Below are positions 1-10,448 of a DNA stretch of 64,000 bases, one piece after another. This stretch comes from Candidatus Babeliales bacterium. Lineage in GTDB: Bacteria > Babelota > Babeliae > Babelales > JANWKD01. Below the pieces are notes generated by a model. The model ran no database searches, was not told the origin of the DNA, and saw only the letters and a program-made list of their open reading frames with translations. Position numbers and translations under genes: made by a program. The stretch spans positions 288,001 to 352,000 of the forward strand of contig CAVRJM010000001.1 of the NCBI GenBank assembly GCA_963722075.1, written 5' to 3'. Each line of letters opens with the position of its first letter. Within the stretch, counting starts at the first letter, position 1.

Positions 1-878
1 CAGAGATCATTTGATAAGAGCGCACTAAATTGTGCCGCAATAAAACGCATTTTTGAAACTAATTGCATTCCCTGTTTGCGGATGTATTTAAAATCATGGC
101 CCATTTCTTTATTAAAAAAAATAACCGCTTCGCCAAGCATCATACCGTTCTTTGTACCACCAAAAGAAAGGATATCAATGCCAACGTCTCGTGTCAGTGC
201 CGCTAAAGAAACATTAAGTGCTGCTGCAGCATTGCAAAGACGTGCACCATCCATATGCACCAGCATATTATTTGTATGCGCAAACGTAGTGATTTCTTGT
301 ATTTCTTGCGGTGTATAGAGCGTTCCTAATTCGGTTGCTTGGGTGATTGAAATGATCGCGGGTTGTACTTTGTGCTGATCGCCGCGATCGATTAATAGTT
401 TTTGAATATCTGCAACCGTAACTTTACCGTCTGCAGACGGTATAGTGAGTAATTTGCTTCCTAGAAATTGTTCTGGCGCGCCGCATTCGTCAACATTAAT
501 ATGGGCAGTTTGAGCACAAATAATTGCTTGATACGATTTGAGTACGCTTGCAAGCCCGAGTACATTTGCTGCTGTGCCAGTAAGCACAAAATAGACTTGG
601 ATATTGTTGCCAAAATGTTTTTTGAATAGTTCTACTGCTTGCTGCGTGTAAGGATCTGAGCCATACGCACCTACGTGATTGGTGTTAGCATCGATGATAG
701 CTTGTAAACAAGCGGGGTGAATGCCCGCATAATTATCGCTGGCAAAGCTTTTTTTTGCTGGGCTGGCCATGTTAGCCATGTTATTTCCTTTCGAAATAGT
801 ATGTTTAGTGTACATATCAATGCTTATTACCATAAGCGTAAAAAGTAATAATAAAAGTTGATTTCGAATAATACTCAT
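1..878 (-). CDS. ltaE: Low-specificity L-threonine aldolase (PLP-dependent), 3' end truncated by the window edge; alternative start at 779
   Basis: Manual minus-strand translation gives SFASDNYAGIHP...GAYGSDPYTQ...HINVDECGAPE...TQATELGTLYT...HMDGARL. Not in the ORF track because it runs off the window. Confidence 0.9.
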   Translation of the reverse strand, partial: MSIIRNQLLLLLFTLMVISIDMYTKHTISKGNNMANMASPAKKSFASDNYAGIHPACLQAIIDANTNHVGAYGSDPYTQQAVELFKKHFGNNIQVYFVLTGTAANVLGLASVLKSYQAIICAQTAHINVDECGAPEQFLGSKLLTIPSADGKVTVADIQKLLIDRGDQHKVQPAIISITQATELGTLYTPQEIQEITTFAHTNNMLVHMDGARLCNAAAALNVSLAALTRDVGIDILSFGGTKNGMMLGEAVIFFNKEMGHDFKYIRKQGMQLVSKMRFIAAQFSALLSNDL

Positions 879-1363
879 AGTTTTCCTTCAAGTAAAACCT
901 GCATAGAATTTGATACAAAATTTGCTTTGAGAGTTGATTCTGGTTTAGATCAAATTCGTAAAAAAAAATTAAGTTTTTTTTAAAAAAATTGATTGGGGAT
1001 TAAAAGATTATTTATTTAGGATAATTATGAGAAGAAGAACGCTTTGAGCGTTTAAGAAAAGGAATAGCCGTTTTTTCAGAAATTTTTGAAAAGAAAATAA
1101 TAGAATTATGTGTGTTGTTGAAGTTGACGTTATTTTGAGAAAAATAAGGCATATAAACTCCGTTTTAGTAATTATAGCTTTATAAGTATTGTACTGCAAT
1201 ATTTCAGATTTGTCAAATTGTATTAAGGATAAAGAAGGGTTTACGGATAAAATAATCTACGAATTTTAAGAGTTTATTTATTGCAATGATATCATTTTGC
1301 AAAGCCTCCAGCAAACCTGAAATCTATCGATTTCAGGGTAGAATTTAGTCATTAATATAAAAT

Positions 1364-1391
1364 TTGACAATTTGTAAATTTTTAATATAAT
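1364..1391 (+). promoter_or_regulatory. Sigma70-type promoter for the WD40 gene pair
   Basis: TTGACA (1364-1369), 16 bp spacer, TATAAT (1386-1391); GGAG RBS before ATG 1431. Confidence 0.65.
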
Positions 1392-1430
1392 AATATATAC
1401 CTGGAAAAAACCTAAAAGTGGAGACTTTTT

Positions 1431-3392
1431 ATGAAATTTATTAAAAAAAGCATAGTGCTACTTATTTTTTCTATTCTGAGTGGCTATAGTTCTATTTATC
1501 CAATGGAAGAAGAGGAAGAAAAAACAAGCGTAGAAATTGCTTATCAATTAGAGCAGGCATTTGTACAGGATCAGAACCAATTTGAAGCTTTAATAGCTTC
1601 TTTATCTCCTGATAATTTTATTGAACATTTAGCTGCTATTGCCGAAATCATACCATTACTTGAAAATTCGGATCTAATTACCCATATATGCTCCACTATT
1701 GTTACTGCAATAACTCAGCAAGAACAAAACAGTGAATTATATAATCAAGCGGTAAAAAATATGGTGCCGGTGGTAGATTTTCTTATTAGAAAAAAAGAGC
1801 TGCCGGGATTATCACAAATTATCGTTTTATATAATATTGATGAGCAATGGGCTGAAGTGTGTAATCGAATTAAAATGTGTATTAATGAATTATTGGCAGA
1901 AAATGCTTCACGTGGCTATGCACTCAAAAGAAAATCAGATACTTCTTTTTATAAAAAACCTGAGACTAAGAAGCAGAAAGCCGAAGCGGATGCGCCACCG
2001 GCTGTAATTCCATCGTTAGTAGCGTTATGTGCCTCTCACGTGGTAAACAATATACGATCAAATAGATATGAAGATAATACTTTTGTTAACAGTTTTGATT
2101 TTGCACAGGAAGCGAAATTATCTGAGATAGAAGATTCATGTCTCGCGCTTCTTTATAAAAAATCGCAAAAGAAAAATAAAAAGGGATTCGGAAAGGTTAT
2201 AAAATGGCTAAATGAGCTTAACTTGTCAGGAACTCAACGAAAAGCATTCAAAAATTATATTGTTAATAATTCAAGATCTATTCAAAGCTTACTTGTAAAG
2301 GCCCAATTACAAACAACATGCAATGAATTAAAATTGCCTTTTGATGTGACCACCATATTTGGTATGGTTCCTTCTTGCTCTGGTAACCTTATAGCGGCAC
2401 AGATTCCCGTAAAAGGAGGCCTGACTTTTTTTAATTGGAAAACAAATACCTCTGTTTTAGCTAAAAAAGAAACCCCTCACATTTTTAAAATGAAATTTAC
2501 TTCTGATGGAAAAAAATTGATTTCTTTTACTTCGTTAACGGGAGAAGCTACTATTTGTGAATGGGATTGCCAAACGGGTGAATGTATTAAAGAAAGAACC
2601 ATAAGCCTACTAGATGGTAATGGTAGATATTTTAATCTGATCGTATTGAATGCTGATAAGAAGCAAGTAATAGTAGGTTTTCCTAATGGTAACATTAAAT
2701 TATACGATATTGAAAATGATACATATGAATCTTTACCGATAACTATAAATGGGTCCATATTACTCCCAAAATTCTCCTCTAATTTATTAGAATTTTCTTC
2801 TAATGGAAAAAAATTAGTTATAAGTACTTATCTTGGCACAAAAATATATGATGTTGAAACATGGGATGAGATCGCACGATTCATCATGCCAATTAATGAA
2901 TGCATACTGAGTGAACACTTCATTGTATTTAAGACTTCTAACAATGCAAATAAAGTGTATAACTTTGAAAGAAAAGAATGTAATGATTTATTTGCAGCAG
3001 TGGATCGTTATTCTAGTAGATTGCTTGCTATTTCTCCCGATGAAACAATAATTGCAACTAATAATCGGCATTCGATATGCTTGTGGGATTGTCAAACAGG
3101 TCAGCTTTTAAAAACAATACAAGGACCAAATGAGAGTATTTATGAAGGTGCTTTTTGCGATGACGGGCAATCATTTATGTGTATATCAGGAACAAATAGC
3201 GTTTATCGTTATAATTTTATTATAAATAAAAAGCTAATGGCTGACTTAGATTTAGAAGCAGTATTATGGATTGAATATATGATACCAGCTGATTTATACG
3301 TTCGTCTTACGGAAATTTATTACAATAATACAAATTTATATGCACAATTGCCGGATGAGCTTAAAAGGCAGTTGAATGTATTGATACGGTAA
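1431..3392 (+). CDS. Secreted WD40-repeat protein with bipartite NLS and BC-box-like motif (putative effector)
   Basis: Signal peptide; repeated WD40 units (ICEWDCQTG, IKLYDIE, ICLWDCQTG); KRK-...-KKQK; PSLVALCASHV. Confidence 0.8.
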   Translation: MKFIKKSIVLLIFSILSGYSSIYPMEEEEEKTSVEIAYQLEQAFVQDQNQFEALIASLSPDNFIEHLAAIAEIIPLLENSDLITHICSTIVTAITQQEQNSELYNQAVKNMVPVVDFLIRKKELPGLSQIIVLYNIDEQWAEVCNRIKMCINELLAENASRGYALKRKSDTSFYKKPETKKQKAEADAPPAVIPSLVALCASHVVNNIRSNRYEDNTFVNSFDFAQEAKLSEIEDSCLALLYKKSQKKNKKGFGKVIKWLNELNLSGTQRKAFKNYIVNNSRSIQSLLVKAQLQTTCNELKLPFDVTTIFGMVPSCSGNLIAAQIPVKGGLTFFNWKTNTSVLAKKETPHIFKMKFTSDGKKLISFTSLTGEATICEWDCQTGECIKERTISLLDGNGRYFNLIVLNADKKQVIVGFPNGNIKLYDIENDTYESLPITINGSILLPKFSSNLLEFSSNGKKLVISTYLGTKIYDVETWDEIARFIMPINECILSEHFIVFKTSNNANKVYNFERKECNDLFAAVDRYSSRLLAISPDETIIATNNRHSICLWDCQTGQLLKTIQGPNESIYEGAFCDDGQSFMCISGTNSVYRYNFIINKKLMADLDLEAVLWIEYMIPADLYVRLTEIYYNNTNLYAQLPDELKRQLNVLIR

Positions 3393-3844
3393 AATTATAA
3401 TAGTTAAATACTTTGAATCTTTACAAATGTTATGGCATTACCTGATACCTGTGGATTACAAACTAAATGGAGATTTTATGAAATTTATTAAAAAAAGCAT
3501 AGTGCTACTTATTTTTTCTATTCTGAGTGGCTATAGTTCTATTTATTCAATGGAAGAAGAGGAAGCAAAAACGAGCGTAGAAATTGCTCAGCAACTTGAA
3601 CAAGCATTTATTCAACAAGATCAAGCGCAATTTGAAGCGATATTGGCTTCAATTACAGCTGTGGATAGTAGCTTTATTGAGCAGCTTGATCGCATTATAG
3701 AAATTATACAATCAGTTGAAAATGGTGATTTAATTACAAATTTGTGTTCAACAATTATTACCGCAATAACGCAACAAGAACAAAATAATGAAATATATCA
3801 GGATGTCTTAAAACGCATGGTGTCCGTTGTTGATTTTCTTATCA

Positions 3845-4991
3845 CAGGACTTACGCAAGAGCATAAGAGTTCTCTTCAAAAGCATAAAATAAACTAGATG
3901 GTGTAGGGGGTTTTGCGACCCGAAAGGATCTGACAGCTTGTTCAGTATTGTCGAAATTATCTTTTACCCGCCTTATGTCGGCTAAAGCATAAGCCCATAA
4001 CACGAAAAGTAAATGCGCACGCTGCATGTTAAAAGAACGCATTTGGCATTCGCTGAATCCAAGAAGTTGTTTGGCAGTTCTATTGAAGCATTCAATTTGC
4101 CAACGAATCTTATATGTAGAAATTAGCTTCTCTTTGCCGAGCTGATGGCTACTGATAAGATACATAATTTTTTCCTTATCAATTTTTAACACATAGAAAT
4201 AACAGGAAAGACCAAAAATAGTGCCGTATCCACAAGCAAATCTGTTATTTTTTTTCAAACGTAAAATTTTTTGCAATTGTCCTGTTTTATTGTTAATAGT
4301 AACAACGCGATTTCTGGGAATTTTCATCAGAAATTTTATTGACCTGTTAAAAAGCTTTGGCAGAAGGTATTCAGTCGCATAATGGGCATCTGCAATTAAC
4401 CAATTAAACCGAATTGATCCTAGAACACGCTCTATAATAATGTAAGCAATTTCACTTTTTGTCTTGTAATTGGTTTCTCCAAATACTTTGCTTATCATAA
4501 TCTCCGCATCAATCGGTATTCTTACTCTGGTATCAGTGATCATGCCAATTACAGACCGTAATCCCAAAGCTGATCTTTTCTCACTACTATCATAAACAAT
4601 TTCTAATCCTTCAATATCGTTAGCATATTGCTTATTTACGGGAGTATCATCGATTATCAAATATCTTTCGCAATTGCTAAGACTTTCTAGAGCAACATTT
4701 TGTAATGAGCTTGTTATTTCTGCTGCATTCTGGGCTGCTTTTTCAACTTCCCTATTGAGCACATCATGCATTATTCCCAGTGTTTCAGAAATATTTGTGC
4801 AAACTTTTCGTGCCGTTGTTTTTAATAAACCCATTACATATTTTGGTGTGCTTGATTCTTCATTTGTATTTGTTATTCTCATTTCGGGTGTCCTTCTTTT
4901 TTGCTTTTGTTGTTTAATTCACAAAATTGAAGCACCCTTTTTTATTTATTTCAAGTCCCAATCAGAACTTTCGACCAATGCGTAAGTCCTG
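3845..4991 (-). mobile_element. Insertion sequence, IS701-like (IS4 superfamily), about 1.15 kb
   Basis: 13-bp terminal inverted repeats CAGGACTTACGCA (3845-3857 and 4979-4991), flanked by direct repeat TTATCA (3839-3844 and 4992-4997). Confidence 0.92.
3851..4882 (-). CDS. DDE transposase, IS701-like
   Basis: IIDDT, WLIADAHY and Y-x2-RW-x-IE-x6-KQ-x-LG motifs; stop codon lies inside the left IR. Confidence 0.9.
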   Translation of the reverse strand: MRITNTNEESSTPKYVMGLLKTTARKVCTNISETLGIMHDVLNREVEKAAQNAAEITSSLQNVALESLSNCERYLIIDDTPVNKQYANDIEGLEIVYDSSEKRSALGLRSVIGMITDTRVRIPIDAEIMISKVFGETNYKTKSEIAYIIIERVLGSIRFNWLIADAHYATEYLLPKLFNRSIKFLMKIPRNRVVTINNKTGQLQKILRLKKNNRFACGYGTIFGLSCYFYVLKIDKEKIMYLISSHQLGKEKLISTYKIRWQIECFNRTAKQLLGFSECQMRSFNMQRAHLLFVLWAYALADIRRVKDNFDNTEQAVRSFRVAKPPTPSSLFYAFEENSYALA

Positions 4992-6616
4992 TTATCAATA
5001 AAAAGCATCTTCAGGCGTTATCTCAAATTATAATTCTGTATAATACTGATGAACGATGGGTCGAATTATGTGATCGTATCAAAATTCATATTAATGAATT
5101 AGTAGCAGAAAATGCTACGCGTGGGTATGCCCTAAAAAGAAAATCTGATACTTCTTTCTATAAAAAAGCAGAGCCCAAAAAACAAAAAGTGGATGGTGAA
5201 GAAATACCATCGTTAATACAATTGTGTACGTCATGTATTACAAAAAATGTACAATCAGGTTCTTATGATTCGGAGAGTGTTGTTAGGATTTTTGATTTTG
5301 CCCTGGAACCGAGATTACCAACGATAGAAAATTCATGTTTAGGTGTATTATATCAAGAAGCACAAGAACAAAATAAAAAAAGTTTTTTAGCAACAGCTCA
5401 GTGGTTAGAAAATCTTAATTTATCATCAACACAAATGGAAGCATTAAGAAATCATATTGTAAATAATTCAAAAGCACTTCGTGCATTATTGCTAAAACTA
5501 GAAGCTGCTACAAAATTAATTACCCAATTTGAATTATTGGGCCCTAGCTATGAATCTGCTTTATCTTCTGATGGAAATGTTCTTGCATTACAAGAGCGGG
5601 GAAATAATATTATTAAATTATTTAACTGCAAAACAGGTAAATTACTTCAGGAAGTGCAAGGGCTTTCAGGTCCTGTTTTTGTAATGGCTCTTTCATGTGA
5701 TGGAAAAAAATTAATTACTAACTCACTGGTAGCTGGTTCTGCTACGTTTCGTTTATGGGATTGCGATACTGCTACTTGCATTAAAGAATATACTTTTACG
5801 AATAATGATTTACTTTCTGCATTGGCAGTAAATGCTAATAAAAAGATTATGGCGTTAGGTTTTGAAAATGGAACGATACAGCTTTATAACATGGAAACTA
5901 ATGGTATTAAAAATTTAATAAGCAAGGGGACAATTAATTTGCTACAATTTTCCGATGATGGTAAAAGGTTAATATCCAGCGCAACTAATGAAACACGATT
6001 GTGGGATCTTGAAACTGATAAAAGCATTATGCTTTATACAAAAAGAATTGATGGTTGCTTATTAAGTGAAAATTTTGTTGCATATAATAGAGGAAATTCA
6101 GCTAAGCTATTTAATCTTCAAACGAATCAATATTACAATTTACAAAGTCGTGATATTTTAAATTATTTTAAATGTATCAAATTACTTGCATTTTCTCCTG
6201 GTGAAACAATACTTGCAACAACTGGTAATAATTCCGGGGCTATTTGTTTATGGGACTCTCAAACTGGTCAACATATCAAAACAATTCAATGTCCTACTAA
6301 TAGATCTATTAGTTCACTCGTTTTTAATAGCGACGGAGAATCATTCATTTGTCTTCCAAAATGTTTCCTTCTACAAGTTGGTGGAGCTTTCGTTGACTTT
6401 AAAGATGTCATATATATTTATAATTTTATTGATAAACAAATATTAGCTGATTTGGATATAGAAACACTATTATGGCTTGGGTATCTTTTAAGCGCTGATC
6501 CAATAACGGTTCAAATGGAAATTTTCCTTTATAATCGAGATTTGTATGAAAAATTACCTGACGAGATTAAAAGATATTTAGATAGTATTAAGTAATATAA
6601 AATTTGAGTCAGAGAA

Positions 6617-7441
6617 TTATATACTTTGAGTCATAGTAATTGCTGGTAAAGCGGCGTCTATTACTTTATTAAAAAGTGCATTTTCAAATTTAATAGTATT
6701 TAAATAATGTACGCATTCAGTAAATTGACCTTCTTTTGCCTTTTCTATGCCAGAATTGAGTAATTGATCCCATTCGCTTTTTTTTAGGCATACGTTCGTA
6801 GTAAATATAATAATTATTGGATCAATGGTATGATCTTTTATGCAATCCTGCATTAATGTGTATAGAAGCATGATACTCTGATTATTAAAAAGAAATTCAT
6901 CTTGAGCTAAATAGCGAGCTATTTTTAAGCTTCTATTGCAAGCAGCTATATAAAATGCCATCGCTTTAAATTCATTAGAGGATAATGATTGAGAGAGATT
7001 AGTTGGCGGAAAATATTCTTTAGTAAAATTAAGGTTGCCGGAAATAATTGCAGTTTCAATTGAGTATTTACTGCCGTTTCGTATCACATGCTGCTTTCTT
7101 GCTTCTTGCAATGCGTGCTCGCGTTGCTCTTTTTTTTCTTCATTAGGTAATAATAATTTAAGACATTTTGGTGGGCCACCATGCTTAGTGACCCATTCCA
7201 ATACATTATTTTGAGTAGCTTTTAATTGTTTATTTTCAGCTTCTAAAGAATTGATACGATCCTTTAGTACTTTGATAACGCCTAATAAGTTATTAATGGC
7301 TGGCACAGCAGCAGTGGAGTCGTCTTTATTAATAAAGAACCAATCACGCTCACTATCTGATTCATCTTCATGTTCCATGCCTGCAGAATAAGACATATGA
7401 AATACAATAAAAAAAAGTACTATTTTTTTTACGCTATTCAT
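6617..7441 (-). CDS. Secreted hypothetical protein with coiled-coil segment
   Basis: Signal peptide ending SAG|MEHED; heptad stretch LKDRINSLEAENKQLK. Confidence 0.7.
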   Translation of the reverse strand: MNSVKKIVLFFIVFHMSYSAGMEHEDESDSERDWFFINKDDSTAAVPAINNLLGVIKVLKDRINSLEAENKQLKATQNNVLEWVTKHGGPPKCLKLLLPNEEKKEQREHALQEARKQHVIRNGSKYSIETAIISGNLNFTKEYFPPTNLSQSLSSNEFKAMAFYIAACNRSLKIARYLAQDEFLFNNQSIMLLYTLMQDCIKDHTIDPIIIIFTTNVCLKKSEWDQLLNSGIEKAKEGQFTECVHYLNTIKFENALFNKVIDAALPAITMTQSI

Positions 7442-7518
7442 ATTACTACCTATTATTTTACCAACTTTTTTTATCGTACCATATTAAAATTAGTAATAAC
7501 AATAGGCAGAATTTTGGT

Positions 7519-8031
7519 CTATTTGGTATCGATTAATTCAACATCAAAAACAAGCGTTGAATTTGCTGGAATAAGATTTCCTCCCACCGCGCGATTGCCA
7601 TAAGCAAGGTCTGCAGGAATAATTAAAAGACGTTTCTCACCAACTTTCATATCCATTACACCTTCATCCCATCCTTTGATTACTTGCCCTACCCCGATAG
7701 TAAATTTGAATGGTTGATTGCGATCGCGGCTGCTATCAAACTTTTTATCTTTTATAGCATTGCCATTCGCATCAGCAAGCCAGCCGGTGTAATGTACCGT
7801 AACGGTGTTCCCTTTAACAGGTTTTTTTGCATTAGTATCGGTTGTTTCTTTTATTACTTCATATTGGAGGCCGCTTGGTAAAGTAATACGTTCTGATTGG
7901 TTCATTGATTTAGTTTCCTGTAATTCTGTTTTTGGTTCTGATGAGGTTTTTTCTTGAGGTTTTTGGTTAGTACATCCTGATTGTATTGGTAGTAATAGCG
8001 CAATGATTACATATGAAATAGTTTTGTTCAT
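7519..8031 (-). CDS. FKBP-type peptidyl-prolyl isomerase (FkpA/Mip-like), probable lipoprotein
   Basis: VTVHYTGWL, FDSS, GQVIKGWDEG, IPANSTLVFDVEL; lipobox-like QSG|C. Confidence 0.93.
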   Translation of the reverse strand: MNKTISYVIIALLLPIQSGCTNQKPQEKTSSEPKTELQETKSMNQSERITLPSGLQYEVIKETTDTNAKKPVKGNTVTVHYTGWLADANGNAIKDKKFDSSRDRNQPFKFTIGVGQVIKGWDEGVMDMKVGEKRLLIIPADLAYGNRAVGGNLIPANSTLVFDVELIDTK

Positions 8032-8112
8032 GATACTTCCTTTGGTAATGTTTTGATTTTCATATACAGAGTAATCAAAACTATAAAGAAATCTAGGCCC
8101 TCATTGCGGGAA

Positions 8113-9174
8113 TCAAATTCTATATAATAAGCGTTCTTGATTTTGCAATTCCTGTACCTTCAAATAAATTTCTTGCTGCTTTAATATATTTTGGCAATTC
8201 ATTGCATGCATTTGTTGTTCCTGTAATCGAGTAATTTCGCGTTGATTTTCCAATTGTTGTTCGAGCAATTTATCACGTTTTCGTTCAAGTAATTCATTAT
8301 GGTAACGAGGGTGATCAATAATTGTTGTATGAATAAATGATAAATCTTCTATCAACGCCGCTGCATTACTAGTAATAAGCGGGTATGTGTATTGAGATGT
8401 TTTTTTTAATAATTTTTGTAGTGAATTTATATGGGAACCAAGAGACTCAATATACGCTATGAACGTATAGGTATTTTTGGCATCACGCATAATAATTTGT
8501 ACGCATGCTTTAGTAAATTTTTTCTTTAGGGCCTTACCGGTGAAGATACTTTTGGAATGGTAGTTAGTGAAAACAAGAGCTAGTTCTTGTTGATATTTTT
8601 TTGAACAGTCTTGAACTTCTTGAGTAAGTAGAAAATATGTTTCATGTTTTGAGAGTGTTTTGTAAATTACCGTAAGTTCGTCGATGAGCAAATCTGCTTC
8701 TTTTTCTATCCCTTTTAATTTTTCAAGAAGGAACCGAGTATGATGATCATAGGTAAAATTAAGGATGCTTTCATATACATATTTTTTTTGTTTCATTAAA
8801 TCAATCAAATCATATTTTAAATCTAATAAAAAACTAGTAAAAGATTTATTATGATCTAAAGAAAGACTCCTTAAAAAATGTTCATAGCTTTGATGAATAA
8901 CTTTGTGATGCCAATGGATAATAAGGTTATTATAATGCTTATGAATGCGTCGATATGTTTGATGCGCTTCTTCATAAATTTGTTCATCTGATTTAGTAAA
9001 AAGCCATTGACCAAATTTATAGATGCCATATCCACATGAAGCTGCAATGGTGGTGAAAACACCTACTTTTGCAATTGTTTCAAGTGGTTTAGAACAATCT
9101 GACTTTGATTTAGGTTTAGTTGCATTAAAAGAGATACAAATAGTAGCTAATAATAATGATTTTCTTATCAACAT
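8113..9174 (-). CDS. Hypothetical exported/membrane-anchored helical protein (paralog of 9195..10283)
   Basis: Signal peptide plus second hydrophobic segment CGYGIYKFGQWLFTKSDEQ, shared with the neighbour. Confidence 0.7.
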   Translation of the reverse strand: MLIRKSLLLATICISFNATKPKSKSDCSKPLETIAKVGVFTTIAASCGYGIYKFGQWLFTKSDEQIYEEAHQTYRRIHKHYNNLIIHWHHKVIHQSYEHFLRSLSLDHNKSFTSFLLDLKYDLIDLMKQKKYVYESILNFTYDHHTRFLLEKLKGIEKEADLLIDELTVIYKTLSKHETYFLLTQEVQDCSKKYQQELALVFTNYHSKSIFTGKALKKKFTKACVQIIMRDAKNTYTFIAYIESLGSHINSLQKLLKKTSQYTYPLITSNAAALIEDLSFIHTTIIDHPRYHNELLERKRDKLLEQQLENQREITRLQEQQMHAMNCQNILKQQEIYLKVQELQNQERLLYRI

Positions 9175-9194
9175 ATGAGGTCCTTTCTGGGGGA

Positions 9195-10283
9195 TTAATA
9201 TTGATATTGATCCATTCTGCGTAACATTAATTCGTGATCTATTTCATTTTTGTTGGTTTCACGTGATGATATTTCTGACTTAATAGCGGGTTTATACGTG
9301 GTTGTCGAGTAACTTGTTATGGTTGTGGGTTGGCTTACGTATACATAATTATTGGTTTTCGAGGTTTTGTAATCATTATAGGAATACGTATTTGACGGTT
9401 TGGTATTGCTATGAGAGCAATAAGAATTATTTTTCTTTTCGTTTGTGTAGTTTTTATTCATTTTTACAATAGCGCGAATTTTTTTAAGATTTTTTATTAA
9501 ATCCGAAACTTTTTGTTCTAAAATGGGATAACCATAAAGGCCTTCCAGAGTTTTTTGTAAATTTTTTATATCTATTCCTAGATGACTTACAAAAATACCA
9601 AAAGGGCGACGATACGAATTTCCATCTTGTATTAAAGGGGTAAACAGTTTATTTAATTTTTTTGTTCTTGCGGAGGAGTCATCTAAATAACAATTTTGAT
9701 AAATATGAATGAATTTTTCGTATTCTTTTAAAGACTTTTTATATAATTGTTTCGCAATAAAATAGGCTTTATTATCTGAAAGCATTTTATAAATAGGATT
9801 AAGCGACTTGATTAAACAGTCGATACGTTTTTGTAACTTGTTCATGGAATTTAAAAGAGGAGTAGTGGCTCTCCATTTTCGACATTCTAATTGATTATTA
9901 TAGTCTTTTAATGTCTCAATTGATGACTGCATCTGATACAAATAACACTCAAATGATAGTTTTTTATCGATGGGAAGTCGTGTTAATAAATGTTCGATGG
10001 TTGGGCAATATATTTCCTGACAATAGGTGGTTATTAATTGGCGATACTTATGTTCTGTTTTACCGTAATAATCACATGCTTCATCATAGAGCTCTTCATC
10101 TGTTTTACTAAAAATCCATTCTCCTACTTTATAAATGCTATATCCGCATGTTGTTACAATAGCGCCAAAGACGGCGGCATGTGCTAAATCAGTTGTGGTG
10201 GATGTATCATACGATTTACATGAGTGTGTTGTGTTGAGACCAAAAAAAATGATAAAAGATAAAAGAAAAGTATTGAGTTTCAT
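9195..10283 (-). CDS. Hypothetical exported/membrane-anchored helical protein (paralog of 8113..9174)
   Basis: CGYSIYKVGEWIFSKTDEE; S/T/Y-rich C-terminal tail. Confidence 0.7.
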   Translation of the reverse strand: MKLNTFLLSFIIFFGLNTTHSCKSYDTSTTTDLAHAAVFGAIVTTCGYSIYKVGEWIFSKTDEELYDEACDYYGKTEHKYRQLITTYCQEIYCPTIEHLLTRLPIDKKLSFECYLYQMQSSIETLKDYNNQLECRKWRATTPLLNSMNKLQKRIDCLIKSLNPIYKMLSDNKAYFIAKQLYKKSLKEYEKFIHIYQNCYLDDSSARTKKLNKLFTPLIQDGNSYRRPFGIFVSHLGIDIKNLQKTLEGLYGYPILEQKVSDLIKNLKKIRAIVKMNKNYTNEKKNNSYCSHSNTKPSNTYSYNDYKTSKTNNYVYVSQPTTITSYSTTTYKPAIKSEISSRETNKNEIDHELMLRRMDQYQY

Positions 10284-10448
10284 GAAACTCCTTCGTGGGT
10301 TAAAATTTCAAATTGAATTTTAATACAATTTTATATAAGTGTAAGTTAATATTAATTTTATAAGAAAATTGGAAAAAAACAAATTTGGCTCATATACTGT
10401 GAGCGATATAATTTTTATAATTAAAAAAACAGTGTAAAGGAACGATGT

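Larger units (their letters stand above)
3478..6595 (+). pseudogene. Paralog of 1431..3392 WD40 protein interrupted by an IS (segments 3478-3844 and 4998-6595)
   Basis: N-terminus nearly identical to the upstream gene. Removing the IS and one target duplication restores an in-frame 654-aa ORF (VDFLINKKHLQALSQII vs VDFLIRKKELPGLSQII). Confidence 0.9.

Noticed and set aside
76..318. 80-aa plus-strand ORF
   Set aside because: Antisense shadow of ltaE.
880..1430. Long AT-rich intergenic region as a replication origin or ncRNA
   Set aside because: No DnaA-box cluster seen; only a short palindrome (1316-1337) and promoter-like motifs.
3427..3897. 156-aa ORF as an independent gene (likewise 5189..6595)
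   Set aside because: Both are halves of one IS-interrupted gene; the true start is 3478 and the ORF's last residues come from the IS end.
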